A stretch of 64,000 nt of DNA from an uncultured Acidobacteriota bacterium (GCA_963722765.1 CAVROO010000025.1:104378-168377), one strand, 5' to 3'; positions 37,370 through 47,820 are shown, counted from the first letter of the stretch. Translations and numbers: made by a program. The notes: generated by a model not told the origin, from the sequence alone.

Positions 37370-39273
37370 TTACTGCGACACGAACCCCCATCCGAAGATA
37401 AACTGCAGCACGTTATTGCGATAAGTGTAATTTTCCAGATTGGAATCACGCCGCTCGTGAAGAAAGTCCGCCTGAAGGAAGGTCTGGCGTGTGAAGTAGT
37501 ACACAATCCCAATAGAGCCGTTTTTGATATTGTCGGCTCTCGGAACGCCTAGGTCCAAGGCCGGCAATGGGTAGTCGTTTCCGATGAAAGCGCCTCGGGC
37601 CGTCAGGCGCAGCTCTCGCCAAATCGGGGTCACGAATCGCACGTTTGCATAGTTGGAAGTGTAATAACCGTTGGACTCGAAATAGGAGGGATTGTTGGTC
37701 CGTCCAACACGACCGGACAAAGCAGCTTGTTCCCCGAGACGGTACACAAGTTCGGCGTCGGCCACGAGACCTTTGAAGTAGAGGACGTCCGGCGAGACTC
37801 CATACTCCTGACTCGAATACCCCGCGCGCATGGTGCCGGTCATCATAGGGGTAATCTCGCCACGGATTCCGGCCAAAAACGCATCGGCTTTCAACGTCGC
37901 CTCCGGCCTCGCGATCGGTTCGGGTCGGACCAGACGTTGAAATTCACCAAAGACCGTCGTCAGGGGACTCAAGTAGTATAGGAGGTCGATTCCGGCAGTT
38001 TTGTCGGTGTAGTTGTAAAATCCGATCGGCTCGTCGATGAACTCGACCACGTTATAGGCACCGAAAAATTCGATCCCGAGTCTCTCGCTGAAATCCATCT
38101 GGAGTGCACCTCTGGTGATATTGCGATAGAAAGGCTCGGTGTTGAAGGCCAGCTCCCGGCCGGGATCGTACTCCGTGCTTTCCGTGTTCCCGCGAACAAA
38201 ATGGTTCTCGAGCTTGGCAACCATCATCGGCGTTATATTCAACTCGGACTGGATATCGAAAAAGTGGGAAAAGCGGTCGTCGAGCTCGAACTTCTGGTAA
38301 TTTTTGAAGCGTAGCTCGTAGATCAGCCTGAGCACGTTCTCCGAGTAGAGGAGATCGAAAGCGTTTCTAGCCCGAACCAAGATTGCCGAGTCTTCGAACT
38401 CCGCATCGTTCGATAAGAGCAGGTTGGTGCCGCGAATCCAGCTCCCGTAGACCATCGGCCGATAGAGGAAGCGACCCAGACGTATTCCATCGGGAATGGC
38501 CTCGGAGCTTTCTCCTAAACCTACTGGAGCGTAGAAAACCGATCGTTCCTGTCCCGCGGAGGGAGTCGGGAACAGGCTGAAAAACTCTTTGTTCTCTGAA
38601 TCGAGCACGGGTAAGATCGGCGTTTCGTCGATGCCGGCCGGTTCGGGAGGAGCTTGTTCGAGTGCAATCAGCGGCGGGGCTTCAATGGGGTCGGGGCGGG
38701 AGTGATCCCGTCCGAATCCTGTTCGTAGAGCTCAACCGGAGTTTCTTCAACCGCTGAATCGGGAGCCGGCATCGTCGTTGAGGCCGGTTCGGTAACTTCC
38801 ACCGGCGAGGGCATGGGCACCGGTTTAGTCTCCACGGGCCGGGCATCCGCCATGGCCAGTGCGGATTTATTGGAGATCGTTACCCAGAGACGTGTCGGAC
38901 TATCCATCCCTACGACCGAGCTCGCATCGAGATTCAGCTCCATCGAGATACGTGCGTAGACTTGCTTGCCGAGCATCATGGGCCAGACCTCGAACCGCCT
39001 GCTGAAGGGGGTGTCGAGGTCGTACTTCGAGTTGACGGGAGGCAGGGCAGGGACATCGATGGTCAGCTTGTAGGTCTCGTGGTTTGTTTTACGCGTGATC
39101 TTGTACTGTGAAATGTCACCGTTGGCTACGATGTGAATCTTGAAGTGGTCTCCCTCCGCCTTCGAATACATGTTGACCAGCCTGAGTGCCGGGGGCTTTT
39201 CTGCTCGGGCGGTGCCTCTCATCGCAATCATTCCGAGCATGAGGAACAAGCTCGTTTTCCAAATGGCTTTCAT
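37370..39273 (-). CDS. AMIN-domain + outer-membrane beta-barrel protein (probably one gene split by a frame change ~38670-38760)
   Basis: ORF 38668..39273 has signal peptide and an AMIN-like fold pattern (LRLVNMYSKAEGDHFKIHIVANGDISQYKI..YKLTIDVPAL), then a Pro-rich linker. ORF 37370..38608 is a barrel (alternating strands, terminal ..VLQFIFGWGFVSQ) with no signal peptide of its own, and its frame stays open upstream into the linker. Confidence 0.6.
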
Positions 39274-40421
39274 ATGCCCTCCGCCGCCTTGCTTGACTTG
39301 CGAGTCGTGGCTTCAGCCGCCGCCTGCTCCGTTTCGATGGCGGTTCCAAATCTGATCCCCCACAAAACGAGAGTTGCGAGAAGGGCCGAGTCCACCAAAA
39401 TCCAAAGACTACGAGCCGGGGAAGCGTCTGCGAGGTGCAGCGCGCCCAAACCTAGCCCGAAGGTCACCATCAAAAGGAACACAACCGCCTGAGGCTCACT
39501 GAGCCCGCACCGAACCAAACGGTGCGAAAGGTGGCAACGGTCGCCCACGTGAATGGGCCGCCCTTCCCGCAGGCGAATGAAAATCACCGACGAGGTGTCC
39601 AGCAGCGGAACCGCGAGGACGAGGGGAGGCATCAGCACGGGAAACAAACTCGACGATGCCGGGCTCACGTAATTTTCCAAAATGGTGAGAGACGAGATTG
39701 TGAAGCCGAGAAAGAGGGCTCCGCAATCTCCCATGAAAAGCGATGCGGGATGTAGGTTGAATCTGAGGAAACCGACCAGGCTTCCAATGAGTGCTGTCAA
39801 GACGAGACAAATGAAAATCTCGCCCAGTTCGGCGGCGTTGATGAGAAAGATCGCAGCGCTGGCGGTCGCGACACCGGCCGCGAGACCATCCATGTTGTCG
39901 AGCAGGTTGAATGAATTCGATATGCCCAAGATCCAGAGGAAACTTACGACTGAGTTGCACCAGACGTTTCCAAGAAAGTCCACCCGGATGCCGCAGGCAA
40001 CGGCCATGCCGGCGGCCACGCACTGCCCGGCGAACTTCCAATGAGTCGGGAAGCGATCCCCGAATAGATCGTCGACCAGTCCCACGGCGAAGACGAGCGT
40101 TCCGCCGGCCAGCAAGCCCAAAAGGGGAGTTTTGACCCTCCAGGCCTCGGCCAAGGCCGTCATGACGGGTGGGAAGAGTTCCCGCAAGCTCTCCATCGAC
40201 GCGAGCCAGGGAGCAACGACGAATCCCACCCCTACCGTGCCTGTGAAGGCGACGAAGATGGCGATACCGCCAAGACGGGGAACCGGCTCGGAATGCGTTT
40301 TTCTCCCTCCTGGATGGTCTAGAAGTCCACGAGCGAGACACAAGTTCCGCACCCGAGGCACGATCAGCGACACGACCGCCATCGGAACCAGCAGGGCGAG
40401 GAAGTAAACCCATATCGTCAT
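39270..40421 (-). CDS. polyprenyl-phosphate HexNAc-1-phosphate transferase (WecA/MraY family initiating enzyme)
   Basis: 383-aa, ~10 TM. HPGGRKTHSEPVPRLGGIAIF, VGLVDDL, SNSFNLLDNMDGLAAG motifs of the MraY/WecA family. ATGA overlap with the next gene. Confidence 0.85.
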   Translation of the reverse strand: MTIWVYFLALLVPMAVVSLIVPRVRNLCLARGLLDHPGGRKTHSEPVPRLGGIAIFVAFTGTVGVGFVVAPWLASMESLRELFPPVMTALAEAWRVKTPLLGLLAGGTLVFAVGLVDDLFGDRFPTHWKFAGQCVAAGMAVACGIRVDFLGNVWCNSVVSFLWILGISNSFNLLDNMDGLAAGVATASAAIFLINAAELGEIFICLVLTALIGSLVGFLRFNLHPASLFMGDCGALFLGFTISSLTILENYVSPASSSLFPVLMPPLVLAVPLLDTSSVIFIRLREGRPIHVGDRCHLSHRLVRCGLSEPQAVVFLLMVTFGLGLGALHLADASPARSLWILVDSALLATLVLWGIRFGTAIETEQAAAEATTRKSSKAAEGI

Positions 40422-40844
40422 CGCTCTAGTTTGGCCTCCCGTTTTCGGAGCGATTGTGTGGGATTCCCTATTGTCTGTCGGTAGTTCCCCACAGGTGTTC
40501 CTGCCGCTGACTCGCTAAGCATCAACCTCGGGTGGTTTTCTAAAAACTCCTTGTAATCAGTCACTTGCGGTGTGTTTTCCGTCCGAGTTGCCTGTGAAAG
40601 AAAACTCAGCGAAACGCTCTGCCCATGGCAGCATTTCTGGGGTATTCCTCCGTGGGCATTTCCACCCGCAGTCACCGCCGAGTATGAAAATTCCATAGCA
40701 TCGACACTCGATGCGTATTTGTCGGCTTTCCCGTCAGAGTCCTTTTTGGCTTTAACAGTCAATGGTTTAGAGTCTCCATCGATTTCGAATCGCCTTCCAG
40801 GCCATGGAAGGACCTCGACTCGATTCTCAACAAACCCAGTGTTT

Positions 40845-40860
40845 AGCAGGATTCGTTCCA
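40845..40860 (-). promoter_or_regulatory. sigma-54 promoter P4 (candidate) ahead of a ~410-nt leader and the wecA-like operon
   Basis: Minus strand TGGAACGAATCCTGCT. GG-N10-GC spacing correct, two mismatches. Closely resembles P7 (TGGAACGTCAATTGCT). Confidence 0.45.
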
Positions 40861-40873
40861 GTCCTTTAAGTTT

Positions 40874-42136
40874 TTATTTTGTAATGGTTTGCCGGCGCGA
40901 GAGTGTGGGATCGCCCCCGTTTTTAGAGACGATCAGTCGGGTGTAGAGGTTGTCCAGGTCCGAGAGAAGACGCTGGGCTCGAAATTGTTTCAAAACTTGG
41001 CACCTTGCTTTTTGAGCCAGCCCCAGGGACCGCTCCCGTTGCTCCAAGACATCGAACATTGCGTCCGACAGGCGTTTGGGGTCGGTTGCTGGGACGAGCT
41101 TACCGAGAAGCCCGCCACGGAGGAGGTCCGGGGTCCCTCCTACGCTCGTGGCAACGACGGGGACACCAGATGACATGGCCTCTATCAGAGCAACCGGAGT
41201 GCCCTCGTTGATAGAGCAGTTGACGGCCAAATCGATGTCGGCGTATATGCGTTCGAGATCTCGGCGGAAACCGAGAAATCGCACATTGGAGCTGATGCCG
41301 AGTCTGTACGCTTCCAGCTCGAGGTTTTGACGCTCGGGTCCGTCGCCGACTACGAGCAGGATGGCGTCGGGCTGAGAGTTGTTGAGGTTCACCATGGCTC
41401 GAAAAAGCGTAGGCAAGTCTTTGATGGGCGCTAAGCGTCCCACGCAACCGATGAGAGGTACGTCCCGAGAGACGCCGAGCTCGTGGCGTAGATTGCCACG
41501 GTACTCGTCGAGATGCTGGTATCGATCCAGCTCCAAACCGAGGTAAATGACCTCGATTTTCCGTCGGGGAGCCACTTGACGTCGTTCCAGCTCTTCGGCG
41601 ACTCTGGGGCTGACACTCACCACCATGTCGGTCCACCCCGCGAGTGACGTTTCAATGAGCTGGAAAACGTGCGAGCTCAATGTGTCGAAATAACCCTGGA
41701 ATACCGAGCCGTGAAAGGTGTGAACCACGACGGGCACTTTGGCCATTCGTGCCGCGATTCGTCCCAGGGCACCCGCTTTGGCTGTGTGGGTGTGAACGAT
41801 GTCCGGCCGCCCGCGCTTCATGAGCCGGTAGAGCCTTACCAGAGTGATTAGGTCCAGTATAGGGCTGATCCGCCGAACGAAGCTCGGGATCACGCGAAAG
41901 CTGACGCCTTTAGCATGCGCAAGGTCGAAGAAATTCCCTTCGCGTTGCCCTTCTCTGCCCACGACCAAATGCGACTCGTAGCGGCGGCTGTCCAATCCGG
42001 CGGTGGCCAAAATGACGTGTATGGCGGGACCTCCGATGTTGAGCCGTGAGAACAAGCGAAGCACACGGATTTTTCGCGCCGGCCCGACCTCGGGCTCCGG
42101 CGTTCGACCGAATGTGGCTTCAACGACCGTGCTCAT
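40874..42136 (-). CDS. glycosyltransferase family 4 (GT-B)
   Basis: 420-aa ORF. ..IGGPAIHV.., HTHTAKAG, C-terminal E-x7-E region INEGTPVALIEAMSSGVPVVATSVGG. Confidence 0.85.
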   Translation of the reverse strand: MSTVVEATFGRTPEPEVGPARKIRVLRLFSRLNIGGPAIHVILATAGLDSRRYESHLVVGREGQREGNFFDLAHAKGVSFRVIPSFVRRISPILDLITLVRLYRLMKRGRPDIVHTHTAKAGALGRIAARMAKVPVVVHTFHGSVFQGYFDTLSSHVFQLIETSLAGWTDMVVSVSPRVAEELERRQVAPRRKIEVIYLGLELDRYQHLDEYRGNLRHELGVSRDVPLIGCVGRLAPIKDLPTLFRAMVNLNNSQPDAILLVVGDGPERQNLELEAYRLGISSNVRFLGFRRDLERIYADIDLAVNCSINEGTPVALIEAMSSGVPVVATSVGGTPDLLRGGLLGKLVPATDPKRLSDAMFDVLEQRERSLGLAQKARCQVLKQFRAQRLLSDLDNLYTRLIVSKNGGDPTLSRRQTITK

Positions 42137-42169
42137 GCTCTGCCAACGTGCAACTGGTGTGCCATGTTC

Positions 42170-42787
42170 TCAGATCCACCGTCTAAGGAAGTAGTAAGCC
42201 AACTTCCCGTACTCCCTAAACACGATTCGGACATCCCGACGACTTGTCCACCAGCCATTCGGGCTCCAGAAGCTCGGGTTCGCGGGGCTGTTGATCAGTT
42301 TGATTTTGTCACCAAGAAATCGCCGGGCGACGAGGAACGCCCGCCGCTGATGATAGGGCGACGTCACTAGAGTCAAAGAACGAACGCCCAGTTGCTCAAA
42401 AATCGGCCGCGCGTACAAGATGGACTCCCAGGTGCTCGTGGACTTACCCTCGATAACCATTTTTTCTCTCGGCACACCGAGTCCTTGTGCGTGAGCGAGC
42501 AGACTTTTTGCGTCGTCCCCGGGGCCTGCCTCCCCACCGCAGAGAATCAGAAGGTCCGTCATTCCGTCGAGGTACAGGCGAGAGGCGTGTGCGGTACGTT
42601 CAAAATGGGGATCCCCTCCAAAAACCATGGCCGCATCTGTACGGAGGGGTGTATCGCGAACAACGAGAGCTTCAGCTGGGAGATCCCGCCAAATGACCAG
42701 ACATGGCACGACTACGACCGCGGCAATGACGGATAAGACACGCTTGCTCCGTCTACGAGACCTTCCTAGTATGAGTTTCCGACTCAT
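42170..42787 (-). CDS. DUF218 (YdcF/ElyC-like) protein
   Basis: Start ATG 42787 (MSRKLILGRS.., TM anchor). AAMVFGGDPHFERTAHASRLYLDG..LILCGGE.. and LTLVTSPYHQRRA are DUF218 hallmarks. The rest of listed ORF 42170..43180 is out-of-frame overlap with the GT gene. Confidence 0.75.
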   Translation of the reverse strand: MSRKLILGRSRRRSKRVLSVIAAVVVVPCLVIWRDLPAEALVVRDTPLRTDAAMVFGGDPHFERTAHASRLYLDGMTDLLILCGGEAGPGDDAKSLLAHAQGLGVPREKMVIEGKSTSTWESILYARPIFEQLGVRSLTLVTSPYHQRRAFLVARRFLGDKIKLINSPANPSFWSPNGWWTSRRDVRIVFREYGKLAYYFLRRWI

Positions 42788-43874
42788 CCAGCACGCCCTC
42801 CGAGACCGCGCGCGTGAAGACGTCATAGACCTTCGGCGTTGCCACGCGGGTTGAATATTCCTCCTCGACGGTTTTCCTTGCTTCGCGTCCGAAGCGTTGG
42901 CGAAGCGCTCGATTTGCAAGCAGTTGACCGAGTTTCTCAATCCAATCATCCTCGGTAACGGCGTGGAATCCGCTGATGCCATGCTTAACGATCTCGCGGT
43001 TCGCACCGACCGGTGACACCACAGGAGGGATTCCCAGGGCCATATACTGCAGCGCCTTGAGACCGCACTTTCCTCGAGACCAAGGATCATCGGGAAGTGG
43101 CATGATGCCCACGTCCAAATCAGCGAGATCTCGTACTTCGGTTTCCGACCGCCATGGACGAAACTCGACGTCCACTCCACGAACGATGGGCGCCTCCGTA
43201 CCTACGACGACCAAACGAAAGTGTTGCTTTTTTGCCAGTCGCTGCAACGCGGGAAAAACCAACTCGAGGTATTGATACGAGCTGTAACTGCCTGTCCAAC
43301 CGACTACCGGAACACCATCGGGTCGAGGTTGCCGGAGCTCAGGCCTATAGGCATTTGTGTCAATGGTGGTGGGGATGACTGTAACATCAGAGTTGTGCTG
43401 AAGGGCATAGTCTCTTAGATAGTCATTCCCAACAATGACATGACGGGCTCGTCGGCAGATGCTTTCGGTTTTTCCAAAGCATTTGAGGTAGCTCAAGTAG
43501 CTGTTGGAAGGGCTCTTGTACGGCACAAAAATAGCGTCGTCGAAGTCGTAGACGACCGGAATCCCCTGCCAGGCTATCAGAGATTCGAGGAGTGCAGGGC
43601 CGAGCAACGCCGCTTCGCGAAATAGATAAATCAAATCGAAATGGTGGGCTCTAAAGACCGAGCTCGCCTGCCTCAAACAAGCCGCAATCATGTACGATGC
43701 TTTGGTCAGCAAATGCCTCGGCCGGTAAATCACTTTTGTCAACGCAGGAAAGCTGAAAGGTGAGTAGACCAGCTCTATCCCGTAACCACGGAGTAAGGGT
43801 TCCCACTGTTCGATGCGGTACCTCTGGCCGGGATTGACATCATGCTCGCTGGGGACGAGAGCCAAGATTTTCAT
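42753..43874 (-). CDS. glycosyltransferase (GT-B, family 4-like)
   Basis: 373-aa ORF. ..VVGWTGSYSSYQYL.., FRLVVVG, ..GKCGLKALQYMALGIPPVVSPVGANREIV. Confidence 0.8.
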   Translation of the reverse strand: MKILALVPSEHDVNPGQRYRIEQWEPLLRGYGIELVYSPFSFPALTKVIYRPRHLLTKASYMIAACLRQASSVFRAHHFDLIYLFREAALLGPALLESLIAWQGIPVVYDFDDAIFVPYKSPSNSYLSYLKCFGKTESICRRARHVIVGNDYLRDYALQHNSDVTVIPTTIDTNAYRPELRQPRPDGVPVVGWTGSYSSYQYLELVFPALQRLAKKQHFRLVVVGTEAPIVRGVDVEFRPWRSETEVRDLADLDVGIMPLPDDPWSRGKCGLKALQYMALGIPPVVSPVGANREIVKHGISGFHAVTEDDWIEKLGQLLANRALRQRFGREARKTVEEEYSTRVATPKVYDVFTRAVSEGVLDESETHTRKVS

Positions 43875-43880
43875 GGAAGA

Positions 43881-45746
43881 CTATTGGCTCCTCAACCAGA
43901 TTTCGAGTGTGAGCAGACAAAACAACTGCTGGCCGAGGTCACGGTATCCGGCCATGTGTTGATCGAGGAGACTCGAGACGGTGTCCGGTTTAACGAGCTC
44001 GAAGAGCCGTGATTTCGGGTTGCCCAACAGGTCCATGACATATGACTTCATAGGGTTTTTGAACCACACACCCAGAGGAACGCCAAAACCCATCTTGCCG
44101 CGTTTCATGATGGATTGCGGCAGCAGGTCCTTGAATGCTTCTCGCAGTATGTATTTCGTTTCGATGCCCCGTAGTTTGAATCGATCGGGTAGTCGGCAGG
44201 CAAACTCGATGAGCTTTGTGTCGAGAAAAGGAGATCGAGCTTCCAGCCCATGAGCCATCGTCGTTCGATCCATCTTGACGAGAAGATCTTCCGGAAGATA
44301 AGTACAAAAATTGAGATGGAGGAGTTGGGCCAGAGGCGTGCCGGATGATGCTTCGTCGAGAAAGATTCGGAAATGGTCACTAATGACCTGCTCATCGTCG
44401 TCCGACCTCTCTCCCATGAGTAGGTCGCTCGTCGCTTCTGGAAAGAAACTGCACCATGCCTGAATCTTTTCATTGAGCGGGAGCTCTGCCGCTTCCAGGA
44501 ATCGTTTGACCCGCCTCAGAGGATGAGACCAGCTCGACGGTTCTGGAACCAGATGAGCTAGCGACGTACCAAAACGACGTAGAAATTGAGGGAATCTCTC
44601 GGTGATGGCCGCCGCCGCAAGCCTAGAGTATCCTGCGAAGAGCTCGTCACCTCCGTCTCCGTTCAATACGACCGTTACTTGCTGGCGTGCCAAACGCGAA
44701 ACGATATAGGTCGGGATGGCGGATGAGTCACCGAAGGGGCCGTCGTGTTGATGAACGAGCACCTCGAGAAGCTCGGGGTTCGGTGGTTGGACGCGAAAAG
44801 TCGTATGCTCTGTTCCAAAATTCTTCGCCACAGTCTCAGCATATTGGGTCTCGTCATATTCGGGATGGCCGTCGAATCCGATGCTGAACGTCCGAACCGG
44901 TCGCGTCATGTGCCGGCTCATGAGCCCCACCACAATCGTGGAATCGAGCCCGCCGCTCAGAAATGCTCCGAGTGGAACGTCCGACACCAGTCGTTGGGAC
45001 ACTGCCCGATTCATGAGCTCTTTGAGGTCTTGGACTGCCTCGTCCATGCGTCGGACACCGTTGGCTAGGTAGGGTGGGCTCCAGTAGCGCTGCGACTCGA
45101 CCGTCCCGCTCGAGCTCACGCTCATGAGAGTCGCCGGCGGGAGCTTATGGACATCCCGATACGGGGTTTTCGGACCGGGGAAGTAACCGTAGGTTAGATA
45201 TAGGGGCAGAGCCTCCAGATTAGGCTCAGGTCTGATCTCAGGATGCGCTCGTAGGGCTTTGATCTCAGATGCGAAGGCAAAGCGTCGCCCGTCGTGGAAG
45301 TAAAACAGCGGCTTTTTTCCGGTTCGGTCGCGAGCGAGAATCAACTCTTCTTTGCGACCATCCCATAGGGCCAACGCAAACATTCCGTCGAGTTTGGGAA
45401 TGGCGGCCTTGCCCAGGCTCTCGTAGAGCTTCAAGACCACTTCCGTGTCGCTGCGTGTCTCGAAACGAAAGCCTTCAGTGACAAGCTCCCGTCGAAGCTC
45501 GCGGAAGTTATAAATCTCGCCGTTGAAGACCAGAGCGACAGAGCGATCATTGTTCCACATGGGTTGGTCGGCTCGGTGCGAGAGGTCGATAACTCGCAAA
45601 CGGCTGTGTCCCAAACCGACCCGTGCCGCCGAGTCTACACCGGTGCCATCGGGTCCTCGATGAGAGATGGCTTGCACCATCTTCCAGATAGCGTCCTCGT
45701 CCGAAGAGCGGTCGCTCAGTTCGAGTGTTCCCGCGATGCCACACAT
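43881..45746 (-). CDS. asnB: asparagine synthase (glutamine-hydrolysing) family amidotransferase
   Basis: 621 aa. N-terminal MCGIAG nucleophile, RGPDG, and PP-loop FLSGGLDSTIVV. Confidence 0.9.
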   Translation of the reverse strand: MCGIAGTLELSDRSSDEDAIWKMVQAISHRGPDGTGVDSAARVGLGHSRLRVIDLSHRADQPMWNNDRSVALVFNGEIYNFRELRRELVTEGFRFETRSDTEVVLKLYESLGKAAIPKLDGMFALALWDGRKEELILARDRTGKKPLFYFHDGRRFAFASEIKALRAHPEIRPEPNLEALPLYLTYGYFPGPKTPYRDVHKLPPATLMSVSSSGTVESQRYWSPPYLANGVRRMDEAVQDLKELMNRAVSQRLVSDVPLGAFLSGGLDSTIVVGLMSRHMTRPVRTFSIGFDGHPEYDETQYAETVAKNFGTEHTTFRVQPPNPELLEVLVHQHDGPFGDSSAIPTYIVSRLARQQVTVVLNGDGGDELFAGYSRLAAAAITERFPQFLRRFGTSLAHLVPEPSSWSHPLRRVKRFLEAAELPLNEKIQAWCSFFPEATSDLLMGERSDDDEQVISDHFRIFLDEASSGTPLAQLLHLNFCTYLPEDLLVKMDRTTMAHGLEARSPFLDTKLIEFACRLPDRFKLRGIETKYILREAFKDLLPQSIMKRGKMGFGVPLGVWFKNPMKSYVMDLLGNPKSRLFELVKPDTVSSLLDQHMAGYRDLGQQLFCLLTLEIWLRSQ

Positions 45747-47023
45747 CGTTCTAATGATCCTCCCGCCGTTTTTCCATCTGAATGCTTTCCGCCCGTGAGT
45801 TTTTGTCCTTTTAGCAAATTCGCATATACAGATAGATACCGGGAACCTGCTATCCCGAGGCCGAGTCTTTTCTCCGCAACGTTCCGGCAGCTCCGACGCA
45901 TTTCTTCGGAGGGTGGTAGCATCCGAGCCGCCTCCGCAGCTTTGTTTTGGATTTCGTCATCGGAAAAGTCTTGTAGCAGTAGAGCGACATTCTTTTGGTC
46001 GAGAGTCTCCTCCACGTCGCCCACTCCTGTATTCGTAACGACCGGTACTCCGGCAGCTAAAAACTCCCCGAGTTTTGTGAAACTGGATGCCTGAGCAGCA
46101 TAGGTAGGTCGTAGGAAGAAGATGCCGAGTTGGAAGAGACGAAGCCAGGTTGGTATTTCATCGGGTGTCGCGCTGGTGACCACCAAATCGGTCGGCTCAA
46201 TGCCCTGTTCTTTGGCGAGCCGATACACTTCCGCTGGCTCTTGGCGCGTAATAAAAACGAACCTTAGCTCCTTTTTGAATTTCTTTAGGGCCGCATAGAA
46301 GCGAAAGATATCTTTGACGAGATAGCGATTGTTCACAGCTCCAATGTTGCCTACGACCACCTTTCCTACCAATCCGAAGCGCTCAACGAGCTCGATACCG
46401 TTACCCTCAGGAAGAAAACGACGAAGGTCTACACAGCATGGTATGACTTCGATCTGGTCTGAACCGGCCGTGAGTCTCGAATCTTCCAGCATGATTTTCC
46501 GGGCGCGATTCGTAAGAACGACGATTTGGTCGGCGTTGCGGACAAAAATGGATTCCAACCACTTAGCTGAACGAAACAAGATACCGCCGGGTGAAAAGAT
46601 ACCCAGTTCCACGCGTTCTTCGGGCCAGAAACCACGCATGTCGAAAAGAAACTTGGCTCCAACGAAAAACTTCACCGGCAAGGACATGCAAGCTGGGACG
46701 TAGCTTCGGGCGTGGACGAGTCGAACCCGGCCGGCGCGAGCTATTCTCAGTGCTTTCCAAGAACCGACCAAGATGTCAAAAACGGTGGATCCCACTTTTG
46801 GCCGGTTGTGATAAGGCAGGCGTGTCCAGCGGATGTCGGCTGAGGCCAGTTCCTTTTCGACTTGGTTGATCTGGTCCCCGTTGGCCAAATCGGTGGTTTT
46901 TTCAAACGAAAGAACTTCGATCGAGACGCTGCGTTTTGCGATTTCAACCAGATAGGGGACTATCTGCGACCGGCCCAAGGGTTCCATCAACCCGTCATAG
47001 GAAATGTAGAGCGCATTTGCCAT
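45716..47023 (-). CDS. glycosyltransferase (GT-B)
   Basis: Start MANALYISYDGLMEPLGRSQIVPYL (ATG 47023). ..LVHARSY.., ..SFTKLGEFLAAGVPVVTNTGVGD. Confidence 0.8.
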   Translation of the reverse strand: MANALYISYDGLMEPLGRSQIVPYLVEIAKRSVSIEVLSFEKTTDLANGDQINQVEKELASADIRWTRLPYHNRPKVGSTVFDILVGSWKALRIARAGRVRLVHARSYVPACMSLPVKFFVGAKFLFDMRGFWPEERVELGIFSPGGILFRSAKWLESIFVRNADQIVVLTNRARKIMLEDSRLTAGSDQIEVIPCCVDLRRFLPEGNGIELVERFGLVGKVVVGNIGAVNNRYLVKDIFRFYAALKKFKKELRFVFITRQEPAEVYRLAKEQGIEPTDLVVTSATPDEIPTWLRLFQLGIFFLRPTYAAQASSFTKLGEFLAAGVPVVTNTGVGDVEETLDQKNVALLLQDFSDDEIQNKAAEAARMLPPSEEMRRSCRNVAEKRLGLGIAGSRYLSVYANLLKGQKLTGGKHSDGKTAGGSLERCVASREHSN

Positions 47024-47039
47024 TGGACCGACATGTCGC

Positions 47040-47804
47040 CTAAATGGCTTTTTTCCGACACAGGAAATTGGGAACGTCCATCTGACGGTCCGCACCTATG
47101 TCGTCTGGGAGATCGTTCCGCGTTTTACGTCGTAGGAGACGAAGGTTGTTTTCACTCAAAGGCTTCAAGATACAGGCTGGATTCCCGCCGATCAGGCGTC
47201 CTCCCTCGGGTGTCGCGTTGATAACGACGGAGCCGAGAGCGACTATGCAATACGAGGGAATTCGGGTACCTGGGGCCATTCGAACGTCCGATCCCATGTA
47301 GACGAAGTCTCCAATAGAGATGGGGCGGGTCCATTGACGGCTGTGGGTCCAGATCGAAGAATGCCGACCCCCGATAATGCTACGGCAACCTACGGTGACC
47401 TCGTCGGTGAAATCGATCCAGTGTCCCGTCGTAACGACGCTCCCAGCTCCCAACTTGAATTCCGGTAGGATCGATGTCTCCACATCGGGTTCCAGGATGG
47501 AGTTTATGACGTTCGTCCTTATGATCTCGGAGTATCGTCCGAGGTGAATGAGGTCGCCACCTCGAAAAAGATTGGCGTGTCCGATACGAACGTGGTCGTC
47601 GACGATCAAATTTTTCGTTTTGTAGAAGACGTTCAAATGTCCTATTCGTGTGTCGTTTGCGATGCGACACTTTTCGACGAGGATTATCGACCATCCAATA
47701 CGAACATCACGACCGATCTCGTACCCGCAAATCAGGCGGTAGAAAGGATTTTTGACCCACCAAGGGCAAACGGCCAAAAGAAGATGAAGTAGAAAGCTAA
47801 GCAT
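47040..47804 (-). CDS. left-handed beta-helix (hexapeptide repeat) acyl/acetyltransferase
   Basis: 254-aa ORF with repeated [LIV]G-x4 hexapeptides (IGRDVRIGWSIIL.., RIGHLNVF.., VRIGHANLF.., IGDFVYMGSDVRMAPGTRI). Confidence 0.75.
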   Translation of the reverse strand: MLSFLLHLLLAVCPWWVKNPFYRLICGYEIGRDVRIGWSIILVEKCRIANDTRIGHLNVFYKTKNLIVDDHVRIGHANLFRGGDLIHLGRYSEIIRTNVINSILEPDVETSILPEFKLGAGSVVTTGHWIDFTDEVTVGCRSIIGGRHSSIWTHSRQWTRPISIGDFVYMGSDVRMAPGTRIPSYCIVALGSVVINATPEGGRLIGGNPACILKPLSENNLRLLRRKTRNDLPDDIGADRQMDVPNFLCRKKAI

Positions 47805-47820
47805 GGTTATTCACCAGACA

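Noticed and set aside
40671-40679. An ops/JUMPStart-like GGCGGTGAC (minus strand) in the wecA-like leader, hinting at RfaH-type antitermination.
   Set aside because: It differs from GGCGGTAG at the critical positions. No NusG/RfaH paralog is in the window, and RfaH-ops is mainly a proteobacterial system.
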